Assembly: GCA_039798785.1 (NCBI GenBank)
Contig: JBDKFG010000102.1
Coordinates: forward strand, 1-22,347
Source of the DNA: Verrucomicrobiota bacterium
GTDB lineage: Bacteria; Verrucomicrobiota; Lentisphaeria; Lentisphaerales; Lentisphaeraceae
DNA: 22,347 nucleotides
Direction: 5' to 3'
The notes beneath the pieces are model-generated. The model did no database searches, was not told the DNA's origin, and saw only the letters and a program-made list of their open reading frames with translations. Positions 14,459 to 22,347 of this stretch are shown in pieces. A program made the translations under genes and the position numbers. Position 1 is the first letter of the stretch; each line of letters starts with the position of its first letter.

Positions 14459-14806
14459 TCATTTCCTGTAAAATCCGCTACAGATATGGCAGCCAAACAT
14501 TCCGGCAAAATAAAAATTGCATTTTTTGCAGAAACAATCTTCCAGAAATATTGGATTGTAGCCTTCTTGGCAAAAAGTTATGTCGTAGAAAATCTCGCTT
14601 GAAGCTACTGATAGCTGCTTTGCTGCTGTTAGACCCATGGGGTGCGAGATTTGAATATGTTTTCCGGACATTGATGCTTGGATCACCAAGCCACGAAGCT
14701 CTCGCTCTGAAGAATAGAGTTTGTGGACGCGAAGGAAATCCATAGCGATGTTTCTGTTGGCTGGTAAAACTCGACCAAATACAGTAATTGAAACAGGTGA
14801 CTCCAT
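14459..14806 (-). CDS. hypothetical AT-rich 115-aa protein with C-terminal CxxC-x9-CxxC motif
   Basis: AAGGAG SD before the ATG at 14806. CKKCNFYFAGMFGCHIC motif. Visibly much more AT-rich than neighbouring genes. Confidence 0.65.
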   Translation of the reverse strand: MESPVSITVFGRVLPANRNIAMDFLRVHKLYSSERELRGLVIQASMSGKHIQISHPMGLTAAKQLSVASSEIFYDITFCQEGYNPIFLEDCFCKKCNFYFAGMFGCHICSGFYRK

Positions 14807-14838
14807 ACACGCTCCTTTTTCCTGTTTGTTCGGCTCCA

Positions 14839-14877
14839 CAATAAACACCGCCGCCCATCTTGCGAAAGGCGGCGGTG
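14839..14877 (-). terminator. rho-independent terminator of pnp
   Basis: CACCGCCGCC/GGCGGCGGTG stem (14846-14877) followed by TTTATT on the minus strand. Confidence 0.8.
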
Positions 14878-14898
14878 ATTTAAGCGCTCAGCTAGAGA

Positions 14899-16980
14899 TC
14901 ACATCTCGGCGAGGGCGGCGCGGCGGGAGAGGCGGATGCGGCCGCGGTCGTCGATGTCGAGGACCTTGACCGAGACGACATCGCCCATGGCGACGACGTC
15001 TTCGACTTTCTGGACGCGGTAGTCAGCGAGCTCGGAGATGTGGAGCAGGCCGTCTTGACCGAAGATGGTGACGAAGGCGCCGAATTCCTTGATCGAGGCG
15101 ACGACACCGCGGTAGATCTTGCCGATCTCGAGTTCCATGGTGTAGCCGTCGATCATGTCGATGGCTTGTTTCATCTTCTCGGCGTTGGCGGCGAAGACGG
15201 TGACCTTGCCGGAGTCGATGACATCGACTTTGGCGCCGGTGCTTTCGCAGATGCCGCGGATGTTCTTGCCGCCGGTGCCGATGAGGGCGCCGATCTTCTC
15301 GGGATTGATCCACTTGACGTGCATCTGGGGAGCGTACTTGGAGATCTCGGCGCGGGGGGCGGCGAGGACGGCGTCCATGACGTCGAGGATCTGCATGCGG
15401 GCGGCTTTGTCGCGGAGCATGGCTTGATACATCATTTCGAGAGGGATGCCGGCGATCTTCAGGTCGAGCTGGTAGCCGGTGACGCCGTCGCGGGTGCCGG
15501 CGACCTTGAAGTCCATGTCGCCCCAGTGGTCTTCGGAGCCGAGGATGTCGGTGAGGAGGACGTACTTGTCGCCTTCGGAGACGAGGCCGCAAGAGATGCC
15601 GGCGACGGCTTTCTTGAGGGGGACGCCGGCGTCGAAGAGGGCGAGCGAGCCGCCGCAGATCGAGGCCATCGAGGTGGAGCCGTTGGAGCCCATGATTTCG
15701 GAGATGACGCGGACGGTGTAGGGGTAGTCCTTGGGCATCATTTTTTCGAGCGAGCGCTCGGCGAGGTTGCCGTGGCCGATTTCGCGGTTGCCGGTCTGAC
15801 CCATGCGGCCGCACTCACCGACCGAGAAGGGCGGGAAGTTGTAGTGCAGGGTGAAGGTCTTCTCGACTTCGCCGGCCATCTTGTCGATGGTCTGGGCGTC
15901 GTCGCCGGAGCCGAGGGTGACGGTGATCAGGCCCTGGGTTTCGCCGCGGGCGAAGATCGAGGAGCCGTGGGTGCGGGCGAGGACGGCGACTTCGCCGGAG
16001 AGCGGGCGGAGGTCGCTGATGCCGCGGCCGTCGGAGCGGCGGCCTTCTTCGAGGATGAGGCGGCGGACGTTCTTCTCGACCAGCTTCTCGTAGGCGGCGG
16101 GGATTTCGGCTTCGCGGCCGGGGAAGGCGGCGGCGATGGCGGGCTTATGCTTCTCGAGGACGGCCTTGAGGGCGGCGCCGCGTTCGGCCTTGTCGATCAC
16201 CAGGCAGGGAGCGTCGAGATCGGCGCCGACGGCGCTCTTGATGCCTTCGAGGATGTCGTCGGCGACCTTGTGGATCTTGTAGGTGCCTTTGGTCTGGCCG
16301 GCCTGGGCGTGGAGCTCGTTCAGAGCGGCGACCTGCTTGACGACTTCGGTGTCGGCGAACTTCATCGCTTCGAAGAGGACCTCTTCGGAGAGTTCGTCGC
16401 AGTCGCCTTCGATCATGATGGTCTTGCCGGGGACGCCGGAGTAGATCAGGTCGAGGTCGGAGGAGGCCATTTCCTGGATGGTGGGGTTGGCGACGAACTT
16501 GCCGCCGATGCGACCGACACGGAGGGAGCCGTGGGGGCCTTTGTAGGGCAGGTCGGAGAGCTGCAGGGCGGCAGCGGCTCCGAGCATGGAGAGGACGTCG
16601 GGTTCATTGACGCCGTCATAGGAGAGGACGAGGGCGGCGACCTGGACTTCGTTGTAGAAGCCTTTGGTGAAGAGGGGGCGGATCGGGCGGTCGGTCATGC
16701 GGCCGATGAGGATCTCGTGGTCGCCGGGGCGGCCTTCGCGCTTCTGGTAGCCGCCGGGGAAGCGGCCGTTGGCGGAGTATTTCTCTTTGTAGTTGACGGT
16801 GAGCGGGAAGAAGTCCGCGCCTTCCTTGACGCCGCCGACGCATACGGTGACGAGGACCATGGTGTCGCCCTGGGTGACTTCGACGGCGGCGTTGGCGAGG
16901 AGGGCGAGCTTGCCGGTGGAGATTTTGATGGGGGCGTGATCGCCCATGTCGATGGTGACGGAACCAATTTTTTTAGCCAT
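14899..16980 (-). CDS. pnp: polyribonucleotide nucleotidyltransferase (PNPase)
   Basis: DFFPLTVNY, PGGYQKREGRP, RTHGSSIFARGETQ, HYNFPPFSVGE, SNGSTSMAS and GDMDFKVAGT motifs, plus KH and S1 domains. Lies downstream of rpsO. Confidence 0.98.
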   Translation of the reverse strand: MAKKIGSVTIDMGDHAPIKISTGKLALLANAAVEVTQGDTMVLVTVCVGGVKEGADFFPLTVNYKEKYSANGRFPGGYQKREGRPGDHEILIGRMTDRPIRPLFTKGFYNEVQVAALVLSYDGVNEPDVLSMLGAAAALQLSDLPYKGPHGSLRVGRIGGKFVANPTIQEMASSDLDLIYSGVPGKTIMIEGDCDELSEEVLFEAMKFADTEVVKQVAALNELHAQAGQTKGTYKIHKVADDILEGIKSAVGADLDAPCLVIDKAERGAALKAVLEKHKPAIAAAFPGREAEIPAAYEKLVEKNVRRLILEEGRRSDGRGISDLRPLSGEVAVLARTHGSSIFARGETQGLITVTLGSGDDAQTIDKMAGEVEKTFTLHYNFPPFSVGECGRMGQTGNREIGHGNLAERSLEKMMPKDYPYTVRVISEIMGSNGSTSMASICGGSLALFDAGVPLKKAVAGISCGLVSEGDKYVLLTDILGSEDHWGDMDFKVAGTRDGVTGYQLDLKIAGIPLEMMYQAMLRDKAARMQILDVMDAVLAAPRAEISKYAPQMHVKWINPEKIGALIGTGGKNIRGICESTGAKVDVIDSGKVTVFAANAEKMKQAIDMIDGYTMELEIGKIYRGVVASIKEFGAFVTIFGQDGLLHISELADYRVQKVEDVVAMGDVVSVKVLDIDDRGRIRLSRRAALAEM

Positions 16981-17040
16981 GTTTTTTCAATGCCTTGTGT
17001 TGTGGGATCGGGTTTTTCTCTAGGTTTCCGGTCCTCGTGC

Positions 17041-17098
17041 ATTGAACATCTTGCGGCGATCGCGACCCTGGGGTCGTGCTGGCGGCAAGAGACTCAAT
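17041..17098 (-). promoter_or_regulatory. long imperfect hairpin in the pnp leader (candidate RNase III/autoregulatory structure)
   Basis: Nested pairings ATTGA/TCAAT, TCTTGC/GCAAGA and CGACC/GGTCG. The role is inferred by analogy to the E. coli pnp leader. Confidence 0.4.
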
Positions 17099-17126
17099 TC
17101 ACGCAGGCACCCGGAAAGGGGGATGC

Positions 17127-17150
17127 AAAAAAGGCCAGGTTGCCCTGGCC
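17127..17150 (-). terminator. rho-independent terminator of rpsO
   Basis: GGCCAGG-GCAA-CCTGGCC followed by TTTTTT on the minus strand. Confidence 0.9.
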
Positions 17151-17164
17151 CTTTCGGAGCTGAA

Positions 17165-17431
17165 TCAGCCGCGGATGCCGAGTTTCGCGATGATCGCGAC
17201 GTAGCCGGCGTGGTTATGCAGCTTCATGTAGCGGAGGAGCTTCTTGCGGCGCTGAACCAGGGCGATGAGGCCGCGGCTGGTCGAGAAGTCCTTGGGATTG
17301 GTCTTGAGGTGGCTGGTGAGGTTCTTGATGCGCTCGGTGCAGAGAGCGATCTGGACTTCGGCGGAGCCGACGTCGCCTTCCTGGCGGCCAAAGGCTTTGT
17401 AGATTTCGTTTTTCTTTTCGGCGGTGATCAT
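17165..17431 (-). CDS. rpsO: 30S ribosomal protein S15
   Basis: DVGSAEVQIALCTERIKNLTSHLKTNPKDFSTSRGL...RRKKLLRY. 88 aa from the ATG at 17431. Confidence 0.97.
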   Translation of the reverse strand: MITAEKKNEIYKAFGRQEGDVGSAEVQIALCTERIKNLTSHLKTNPKDFSTSRGLIALVQRRKKLLRYMKLHNHAGYVAIIAKLGIRG

Positions 17432-17499
17432 GTTTCTTTCCTTGTTATCCCTATGCCCCCAGGTGGTCATCACCCAGACTCGGCAAGTTCGGCGCGCAG

Positions 17500-17550
17500 A
17501 AGATAACGAATCTCTTTCTTATGGCAAGCCAGGCGGGGAGATTTTTTTTC
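17500..17550 (-). promoter_or_regulatory. probable sigma70-type promoter of rpsO
   Basis: TTGCCA-16 nt-TATCTT with an upstream A tract and a GC-rich discriminator. Confidence 0.55.
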
Positions 17551-17589
17551 GACCTGTGCACTTCGCAGTCATGGCGTGCCGCATCGGAT

Positions 17590-17622
17590 CTGGGGCCGCC
17601 GCAAGGATTGCGGCGGCCCCAG
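17590..17622 (-). terminator. hairpin after the glutamine amidotransferase gene
   Basis: Perfect 15-bp stem CTGGGGCCGCCGCAA/TTGCGGCGGCCCCAG, 5 nt past the stop. No U tract. Confidence 0.55.
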
Positions 17623-17627
17623 GGAGC

Positions 17628-18317
17628 TCAAGGACGAGACCACAGATCCATCAGATCGAAGAGGGCGCTGCGGCAACCGTTGAAGACTCGTTCCTGAGCA
17701 AGAATATCGGGCAGTGTCTGGACGAAGGGGCCTGTTGCGAGGTCGCCGGGGCAATGGGCGGCGACGGCGGCGACTTCTTCCGGCCCCATCTCCAAATGAA
17801 ATTGCAGGCCGAGGGCGCGGTGCAAGGCGAAGGCCTGGTTGAGGCAGGCTTGGCTGCGGGCGAGGCGAATCGCCCCGGGAGGCAGGGCAAAGGTGTCGCC
17901 GTGCCAGTGGACGACATCGAGCGTTTCCGGCAGGAAGGAGGTGAGGGGGTGGCGCTGCGCCTCCGGCGTCCACTGCACCGGAAAGCAGCCGATTTCGCGT
18001 TCCGGATTGCGGCGGACTCCGGCGCCGGCAGCGACGGCGAGGAGCTGCGCTCCGAGGCAGATGCCGAGGACCGGCAGGCGGCGTTTGATCGCTTGACGGA
18101 GGAGGGCGACTTCGGCGTCGATCCAGGAGAATTGCGCTTGATCCTGGACGCCCATCGGGCCGCCGAGGGAGATCAGTGCTTCGATCTGGTCAGGGGAGGG
18201 GAGGGGCTCGCCGCAGTCGAGGCGGCAAATCCGGAGCTGATGGCCGCGGCTCTGGGCCCACGCGGCTATACGACCGGGGCCTTCGAAGTCGGCGTGCTGG
18301 AGAAGATCGAATATCAT
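17628..18317 (-). CDS. type 1 glutamine amidotransferase (GATase1, GuaA-like standalone)
   Basis: LQHADFEGPG, SLGGPMG, nucleophile elbow LGICLGAQLLA, HWHGDTF and GLQFHLE. AGGA SD before the ATG at 18317. Confidence 0.92.
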   Translation of the reverse strand: MIFDLLQHADFEGPGRIAAWAQSRGHQLRICRLDCGEPLPSPDQIEALISLGGPMGVQDQAQFSWIDAEVALLRQAIKRRLPVLGICLGAQLLAVAAGAGVRRNPEREIGCFPVQWTPEAQRHPLTSFLPETLDVVHWHGDTFALPPGAIRLARSQACLNQAFALHRALGLQFHLEMGPEEVAAVAAHCPGDLATGPFVQTLPDILAQERVFNGCRSALFDLMDLWSRP

Positions 18318-18403
18318 CGGCGCTTTCCTGAGTCGTCGATGAGGATAGCGCCGATTAACGGCAAAGGAATGAAGAAAGTCAGAAAAAGAGCTGATTGATC
18401 GGC

Positions 18404-18431
18404 TTGACTTCAATCCAAATGACGGCATTAT
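18404..18431 (+). promoter_or_regulatory. probable tRNA promoter
   Basis: TTGACT-16 nt-CATTAT followed by a GC-rich discriminator, 15 nt before the tRNA. Confidence 0.6.
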
Positions 18432-18446
18432 CCGCTCCACCATCGC

Positions 18447-18535
18447 GGAAGGGTGGTCGAGTTGGTTTAAGGCAGCTGTTTCGAAAGCAGCCGTAGAGTA
18501 ATCTACCGAGGGTTCGAATCCCTCCCCTTCCGCCA
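18447..18535 (+). tRNA. tRNA-Ser(CGA)
   Basis: Acceptor stem GGAAGGG/CCCTTCC, anticodon arm GCTGT-TTCGAAA-GCAGC, long variable arm GTAGA-GTAA-TCTAC, T loop GTTCGAATC, discriminator G and encoded CCA. Confidence 0.97.
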
Positions 18536-18545
18536 CGTTCTCAAA

Positions 18546-18577
18546 TAAGGGCTTGCATCATTTGATGCAAGCCCTTA
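18546..18577. terminator. palindromic, probably bidirectional terminator between tRNA-Ser and the modF-like gene
   Basis: TAAGGGCTTGCATCA-TT-TGATGCAAGCCCTTA with perfect 15-bp arms, between convergent genes. Confidence 0.8.
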
Positions 18578-18586
18578 ACTATCCAG

Positions 18587-20038
18587 TCAAAGCACTTCCT
18601 GCTGGTAGCTCCAGCCTTCTTCCTGACGGACGAATCGAAGCCGGTGGGTGATGCAAGCCAGCCTCTCGTTCGGATCGTGAGTGATGTGAAGGACCGAGAC
18701 ACCGGTTCGGGCGGCGACGCGGTCGACGATGGCGAGCACGGCGCGGCGGTTGGCGGCGTCGAGACCCTGGCAAGGCTCGTCAAGAATCAGCAGGTCGGGC
18801 GCCTTGACCAGCGCGCGGGCGAGAAGGACGAGACGCCGCTCGCCGTAGCTGAGGTGGAGGAATTCCTCTCCGGCGAGATGGAGGACCCCGCAGGCTCCCA
18901 GCCAGGCGCGGGCGACGTTCTCCTGCTCCGACGTCCAAGATCGGTAGATGCCGATGCTGTCGAAGAAGCCTGAGATCGCGACTTCGAGAGCGTTGGCTGG
19001 GACGCGGTGCTCGAGCTGCAGCTCGGCGGTGACGACGCCGATGCGGCGCCGGATGTCCCAGAGCGTTTCGCCGCTGCCCCGGCGCCGACCGAAGAGGCTC
19101 ACGTCATTGGCGTAGGCCTGCGGATGGTCGCCGGAGATGACGGCGGCGAGAGTGGTCTTGCCGGCGCCGTTGGGGCCGGAGACCGACCACCCCTGGCCTT
19201 TGGAGAAATGCCAGTCCAGTCCTTCGATGATGTCTCGCCCGTCGTAGGCGATGTGTAGTTGGCGGAGATCGACCAGTGGCGCCCCGCGAGGCAGGAGGGC
19301 AAGGCTCGGGAGCTGTGGCGGCAGATCCTCCGGCAAGGGCGGCGGCGGCTTGTTCAAGGCCGCCCATGCGGGCGATGCGAGGACTTCGTCGCGTCCGCCG
19401 CAGGCTTCGATCTTGAGAGAGTTGAGCAGCAGCATCTGAGTGCAGGCCGGCGGCGCCTCGGCGGGATCGCGGCAACAGACTATCAAGGAGGTGCCCGCGT
19501 CGACGGCCTCCTCGAGAAGATTCCAGGCGTCGCGGCGGCCGGCGGTGTCGAGCCCCTCGAAGAGACCGTCGACGATGAGCAGCCGCGGCCTTCCGGCAAG
19601 GGCGCGACCGAGGAGGCTGCGGCGAGCTTCGCCATTGGACAGGTAGCGCAGGCCGGTTCCTGCGGCACGTTCGAGTCCGACGCGGCGCAGCCAGTCGCCG
19701 CCGCCCTTTTCGCCGATGATTGCGGCGGCGGAACGTCCGGGGTCGATGCCGCCGGCCGTGGTCTCGCTGTTATCGTCGTGGCGTTCGCGCTCCAGCAGCT
19801 CTTCGAGCAGCGAGAAGGAGACGAGCCCGAGCTCCCTGTCGGGGTCATAAGCCAGGAAAAGCTGCCCCGGCCGCGTCGGAACGCTTCCGGCAAGCAGGCG
19901 CCCGAGAAGCGACTTGCCGGCGCCGTTGGGACCGCAGATCAGCCAGTTTTCGCCGGCGCGCCACTGCCAGCTGATGCCGTCAAAGAGGCGTTCGCCCTCA
20001 AGGTCGAGGCAGAGGGAATGGAGCTCGGCAAGAATCAT
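18587..20038 (-). CDS. modF: ModF-like ABC ATP-binding protein with duplicated ATPase domains
   Basis: Two Walker A motifs (GPNGAGKS, GPNGAGKT), signatures LSNGE and LSYGE, GDHPQAYANDVSLFGRRRGSGETLWDI and LLILDEPCQGLD. Confidence 0.85.
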   Translation of the reverse strand: MILAELHSLCLDLEGERLFDGISWQWRAGENWLICGPNGAGKSLLGRLLAGSVPTRPGQLFLAYDPDRELGLVSFSLLEELLERERHDDNSETTAGGIDPGRSAAAIIGEKGGGDWLRRVGLERAAGTGLRYLSNGEARRSLLGRALAGRPRLLIVDGLFEGLDTAGRRDAWNLLEEAVDAGTSLIVCCRDPAEAPPACTQMLLLNSLKIEACGGRDEVLASPAWAALNKPPPPLPEDLPPQLPSLALLPRGAPLVDLRQLHIAYDGRDIIEGLDWHFSKGQGWSVSGPNGAGKTTLAAVISGDHPQAYANDVSLFGRRRGSGETLWDIRRRIGVVTAELQLEHRVPANALEVAISGFFDSIGIYRSWTSEQENVARAWLGACGVLHLAGEEFLHLSYGERRLVLLARALVKAPDLLILDEPCQGLDAANRRAVLAIVDRVAARTGVSVLHITHDPNERLACITHRLRFVRQEEGWSYQQEVL

Positions 20039-20173
20039 GAGTCATCTCCGGTTATCAATGCCGACAAAATTATCCCGGATTCCGGAATTCCGGTGACGCT
20101 TCTTGGCGCGCCTCAAAATCCGCCGGGCGCTGGCCTTCCACCTGGAAGCAGAGGCCCCGCATTCCCAGGTTAC

Positions 20174-21238
20174 TTATCCTTGATGGGCCGGGCCGATGCT
20201 GTCACGCCGGATGAATTGCGCCGGCAGCACGATGTCGTCGGGTTTCCGTCCTTGCATCTGTTCAAACAGCATCTTGGCGGCGTGACTGCCGATTTCCTGC
20301 AGAGGTGAGCCGTAGGTGCTGAGGGGAGGGGTGGTGATCGCGGCGAGTTCGATGTTGTCAAAGGCGACGACGGAGAACCGCTCCGGGACCGGGATGCCGA
20401 GGCGCTCCAAATTGTTGAGGAGGCAGATGCCGACATAGTCACAATAGCAGAAGGCGGCACTCATGCCGGCGTCGAGGAGTTGGCGGGCGATTGGCTTGCC
20501 GGCCTGGTTGATGTACGCGAGGTCGTGAGGATATCCGTACGGGTAGGTGAAGACCCGGGGAGCGAGGCTGGCTTCGTTCATGGCGCGTTCATACCCTTTG
20601 TAGCGGCGGCGGGCGTCGGCTTGCTTTCCTGGGACGATGTCATCGAGATATTCGTCGTGGGTGACGTGGGCGATGCTCTTGTGACCAAGCTCAATGAGTT
20701 GGCGGGTGGCGTGATAACCGACTTCAGTTCCGTCGACCCTCACCGTCGGCACGCCGGGATACATCGGGCTGTAGAGCTGCACCATGGGGAGCCCGGATTC
20801 GAGCAGAGCGGCGACGCGCTTGTGATTGGGGCCATCGGCAGGCTCTGGGGCGCCGACGATGATCAAGCCGTCGGCACGGCGGTCAGTGGCGAGCTTCAGG
20901 TGGCGGGCCTGGTCTTCGGCCCAGCTGCCGTCGTAGTAGATCAGCAGTGAGTAGTCGTTTTCACGCAGCACCGATTCGATGCCCTTGACGGTCTCCAGTG
21001 CCTGAAGAAAGATGGCTTCACGTCCGAGCAGGGCGACGAGGTAGGACTTCTGCGTCGCCAGGCTGCGCCCGAGAGGATTGGCCCGGTAACCGAGCTCCGC
21101 GACCACCGCCAGGATCCGCTCGCGGGTCGCGGCGCTGACCTTGATCTTGCTGTCGCGTCCCGACAGGACCACCGAGACGGCGGCCTTCGAAACGCCGGAG
21201 AGCCGCGCGACTTCCGCCATGTTCACGGCTTGCGCCAT
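20174..21238 (-). CDS. LacI family transcriptional regulator
   Basis: HTH MAEVARLSGVSKAAVSVVL, TRERIL...LGYRAN, and C-terminal VPERFSVVAFDN...PPLST. The start is 1 nt after the pip stop. Confidence 0.93.
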   Translation of the reverse strand: MAQAVNMAEVARLSGVSKAAVSVVLSGRDSKIKVSAATRERILAVVAELGYRANPLGRSLATQKSYLVALLGREAIFLQALETVKGIESVLRENDYSLLIYYDGSWAEDQARHLKLATDRRADGLIIVGAPEPADGPNHKRVAALLESGLPMVQLYSPMYPGVPTVRVDGTEVGYHATRQLIELGHKSIAHVTHDEYLDDIVPGKQADARRRYKGYERAMNEASLAPRVFTYPYGYPHDLAYINQAGKPIARQLLDAGMSAAFCYCDYVGICLLNNLERLGIPVPERFSVVAFDNIELAAITTPPLSTYGSPLQEIGSHAAKMLFEQMQGRKPDDIVLPAQFIRRDSIGPAHQG

Positions 21239-21239
21239 G

Positions 21240-22193
21240 TCAATCTCCCCGGGGTTGGAAGACTCGCGTCGCGGCGACAAGGCGCTGGCGGATGCCGTTT
21301 TCGGCGGCGGAGTGGCCAGAATCAGGAACGATCTGGAGCTCGGCAAGGGGGAGGAGCTTCTTCAGTTCCCAGGCCGAGTCGAGGGGGCAGACGACGTCGT
21401 AGCGACCATGGACGATGATGCAGGGGATGTGGGCGATCCTGTGGGCGTCCTCAAGGAGCTGATGGTCGTTGCGGAAGAAGCCTTTGTTGACGAAGTAATG
21501 ACACTCGATGCGGGCGAAGGCCTCGGCGAACCAGGGGTCGTCGCTTTTGGCGACCAGCTCGGGGTCGACAAGCAGACGTGAGGTGGATCCTTCCCAGACG
21601 CTCCAGCGGCGGGCGGCGGCGATGCGCACTTCCGGATCCTCGCTGGTGAGGCGGCGATAGTAGGCGCTGAGTAGGTCGTGGCGTTCGGCGGCGGGAATGT
21701 GGTCGCGGTAGGCCTGGAAGGCATCGGGGAAGAGCATCGATGTGCCTTCCTGGTAGAACCAGCGGATCTCTTTATCGCGAATGAGGAAGATTCCACGGAG
21801 GATGAGCTCGGTGACTCGTTCGGGATGTTTCTGGGCGTAGGCGAGGGCTAGGGTCGATCCCCAGGAGCCGCCGAAGACCTGCCACTTTTCGATGCCGAGC
21901 TTAAGACGCAGGGTTTCGATGTCGGCGACGAGATCCCAGGTGCTGTTGCCGCGCAGCTCGGCGTGAGGAGTGGATCGTCCGCAGCCGCGCTGGTCGAAGA
22001 GAATGATGCGATAGTGGCTGGGATCCCAATAGCGCCGGTGATCGGGGCTGCAGCCGCCGCCGGGGCCGCCGTGCAGGAAGACAGCCGGCTTGCCCAGGGG
22101 ATTGCCGCACTCTTCGTAGTAGACGGAGTGCCATTCGTCGACTTGCAATCGGCCGCTGGCGTAGGGTTCGAGGGGAGGATAAAGATCGTTCAT
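21240..22193 (-). CDS. pip: proline iminopeptidase (peptidase S33)
   Basis: FLHGGPGGG, FDQRGCGRSTPHA, VFGGSWGSTLALAYAQ, HGRYDVVCP and SGHS motifs. Confidence 0.96.
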   Translation of the reverse strand: MNDLYPPLEPYASGRLQVDEWHSVYYEECGNPLGKPAVFLHGGPGGGCSPDHRRYWDPSHYRIILFDQRGCGRSTPHAELRGNSTWDLVADIETLRLKLGIEKWQVFGGSWGSTLALAYAQKHPERVTELILRGIFLIRDKEIRWFYQEGTSMLFPDAFQAYRDHIPAAERHDLLSAYYRRLTSEDPEVRIAAARRWSVWEGSTSRLLVDPELVAKSDDPWFAEAFARIECHYFVNKGFFRNDHQLLEDAHRIAHIPCIIVHGRYDVVCPLDSAWELKKLLPLAELQIVPDSGHSAAENGIRQRLVAATRVFQPRGD

Positions 22194-22238
22194 GGTCGGG
22201 TCTCGGAATTGGGGTTTGACGGTTGAAAGGCGAAGCTC

Positions 22239-22347
22239 TTACTTGACTAGTTCGCGCAAGGCGCCCAGGTCGAGCTCGGGGTAGAGGGGGAAGCGGCTGA
22301 GGATGGCCTGGACCTTGGCCTTGGCGGCGTCGATGACGTCCTGCTTG
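22239..22347 (-). CDS. glyA: serine hydroxymethyltransferase, 3' end only
   Basis: Manual translation KQDVIDAAKAKVQAILSRFPLYPELDLGALRELVK*. RFPLYPE is the characteristic GlyA C-terminus. Not in the ORF track. Confidence 0.75.
   Translation of the reverse strand, partial: KQDVIDAAKAKVQAILSRFPLYPELDLGALRELVK

Noticed and set aside
14116..14508. 130-aa minus-strand ORF containing a Leu-rich segment
   Set aside because: Its hydrophobic stretch is the pseudogene stub, and the rest overlaps two better-supported ORFs.
13620..14850. Integron cassette array
   Set aside because: The orphan genes are convergent rather than co-oriented, no RYYYAAC...GTTRRRY attC pair was recognised, and no integrase is present.
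15040..17163. 707-aa ORF antisense to pnp
   Set aside because: Mirror frame of a highly codon-biased gene; its V/D/G/E-rich composition is typical of such artefacts.
18318..18536. N-terminal extension of the GATase ORF
   Set aside because: It is the antisense reading of tRNA-Ser and its promoter. Family similarity and an SD place the start at 18317.
18447..18600. tRNA-Ser as an island attachment site
   Set aside because: No integrase and no duplicated tRNA 3' end were seen. A terminator and a housekeeping-type gene follow directly.

Overview
GC-rich bacterial chromosomal window. The GlyA C-terminus, a DUF1080 lipoprotein and the kinase type are compatible with a PVC-superphylum organism such as Lentisphaerae or Verrucomicrobia, but this is inference only. 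Most of it is housekeeping: gltA, argG, rpsO-pnp, tRNA-Ser(CGA), pip, the 3' end of glyA, a ModF-like ABC ATPase, a nitroreductase, a hexose-6-phosphate mutarotase, a class I glutamine amidotransferase and a LacI regulator. No CRISPR array, integrase or transposase was seen. Five things stand out. (1) A 500-aa Lys/Ala/Pro-rich protein (6657..8159) is built from about six winged-helix-like modules with basic linkers, a candidate multi-headed linker-histone-like nucleoid protein. (2) A hybrid kinase-like protein has lost its catalytic motifs and has an atypical receiver, and lies near an orphan PAS kinase. (3) A membrane-anchored LamG plus SMI1/KNR4 fusion carries a 24-bp tandem repeat and sits upstream of a Bax-inhibitor-1 gene. 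(4) A small variable islet after pnp holds two orphan ORFs, a frameshifted duplicate of the L,D-transpeptidase 5' end and a 44-bp palindrome with TCGA every 10 bp. (5) A highly structured intergenic region after argG may encode an RNA of about 180 nt. All family calls come from motif recognition by eye; no searches were run.
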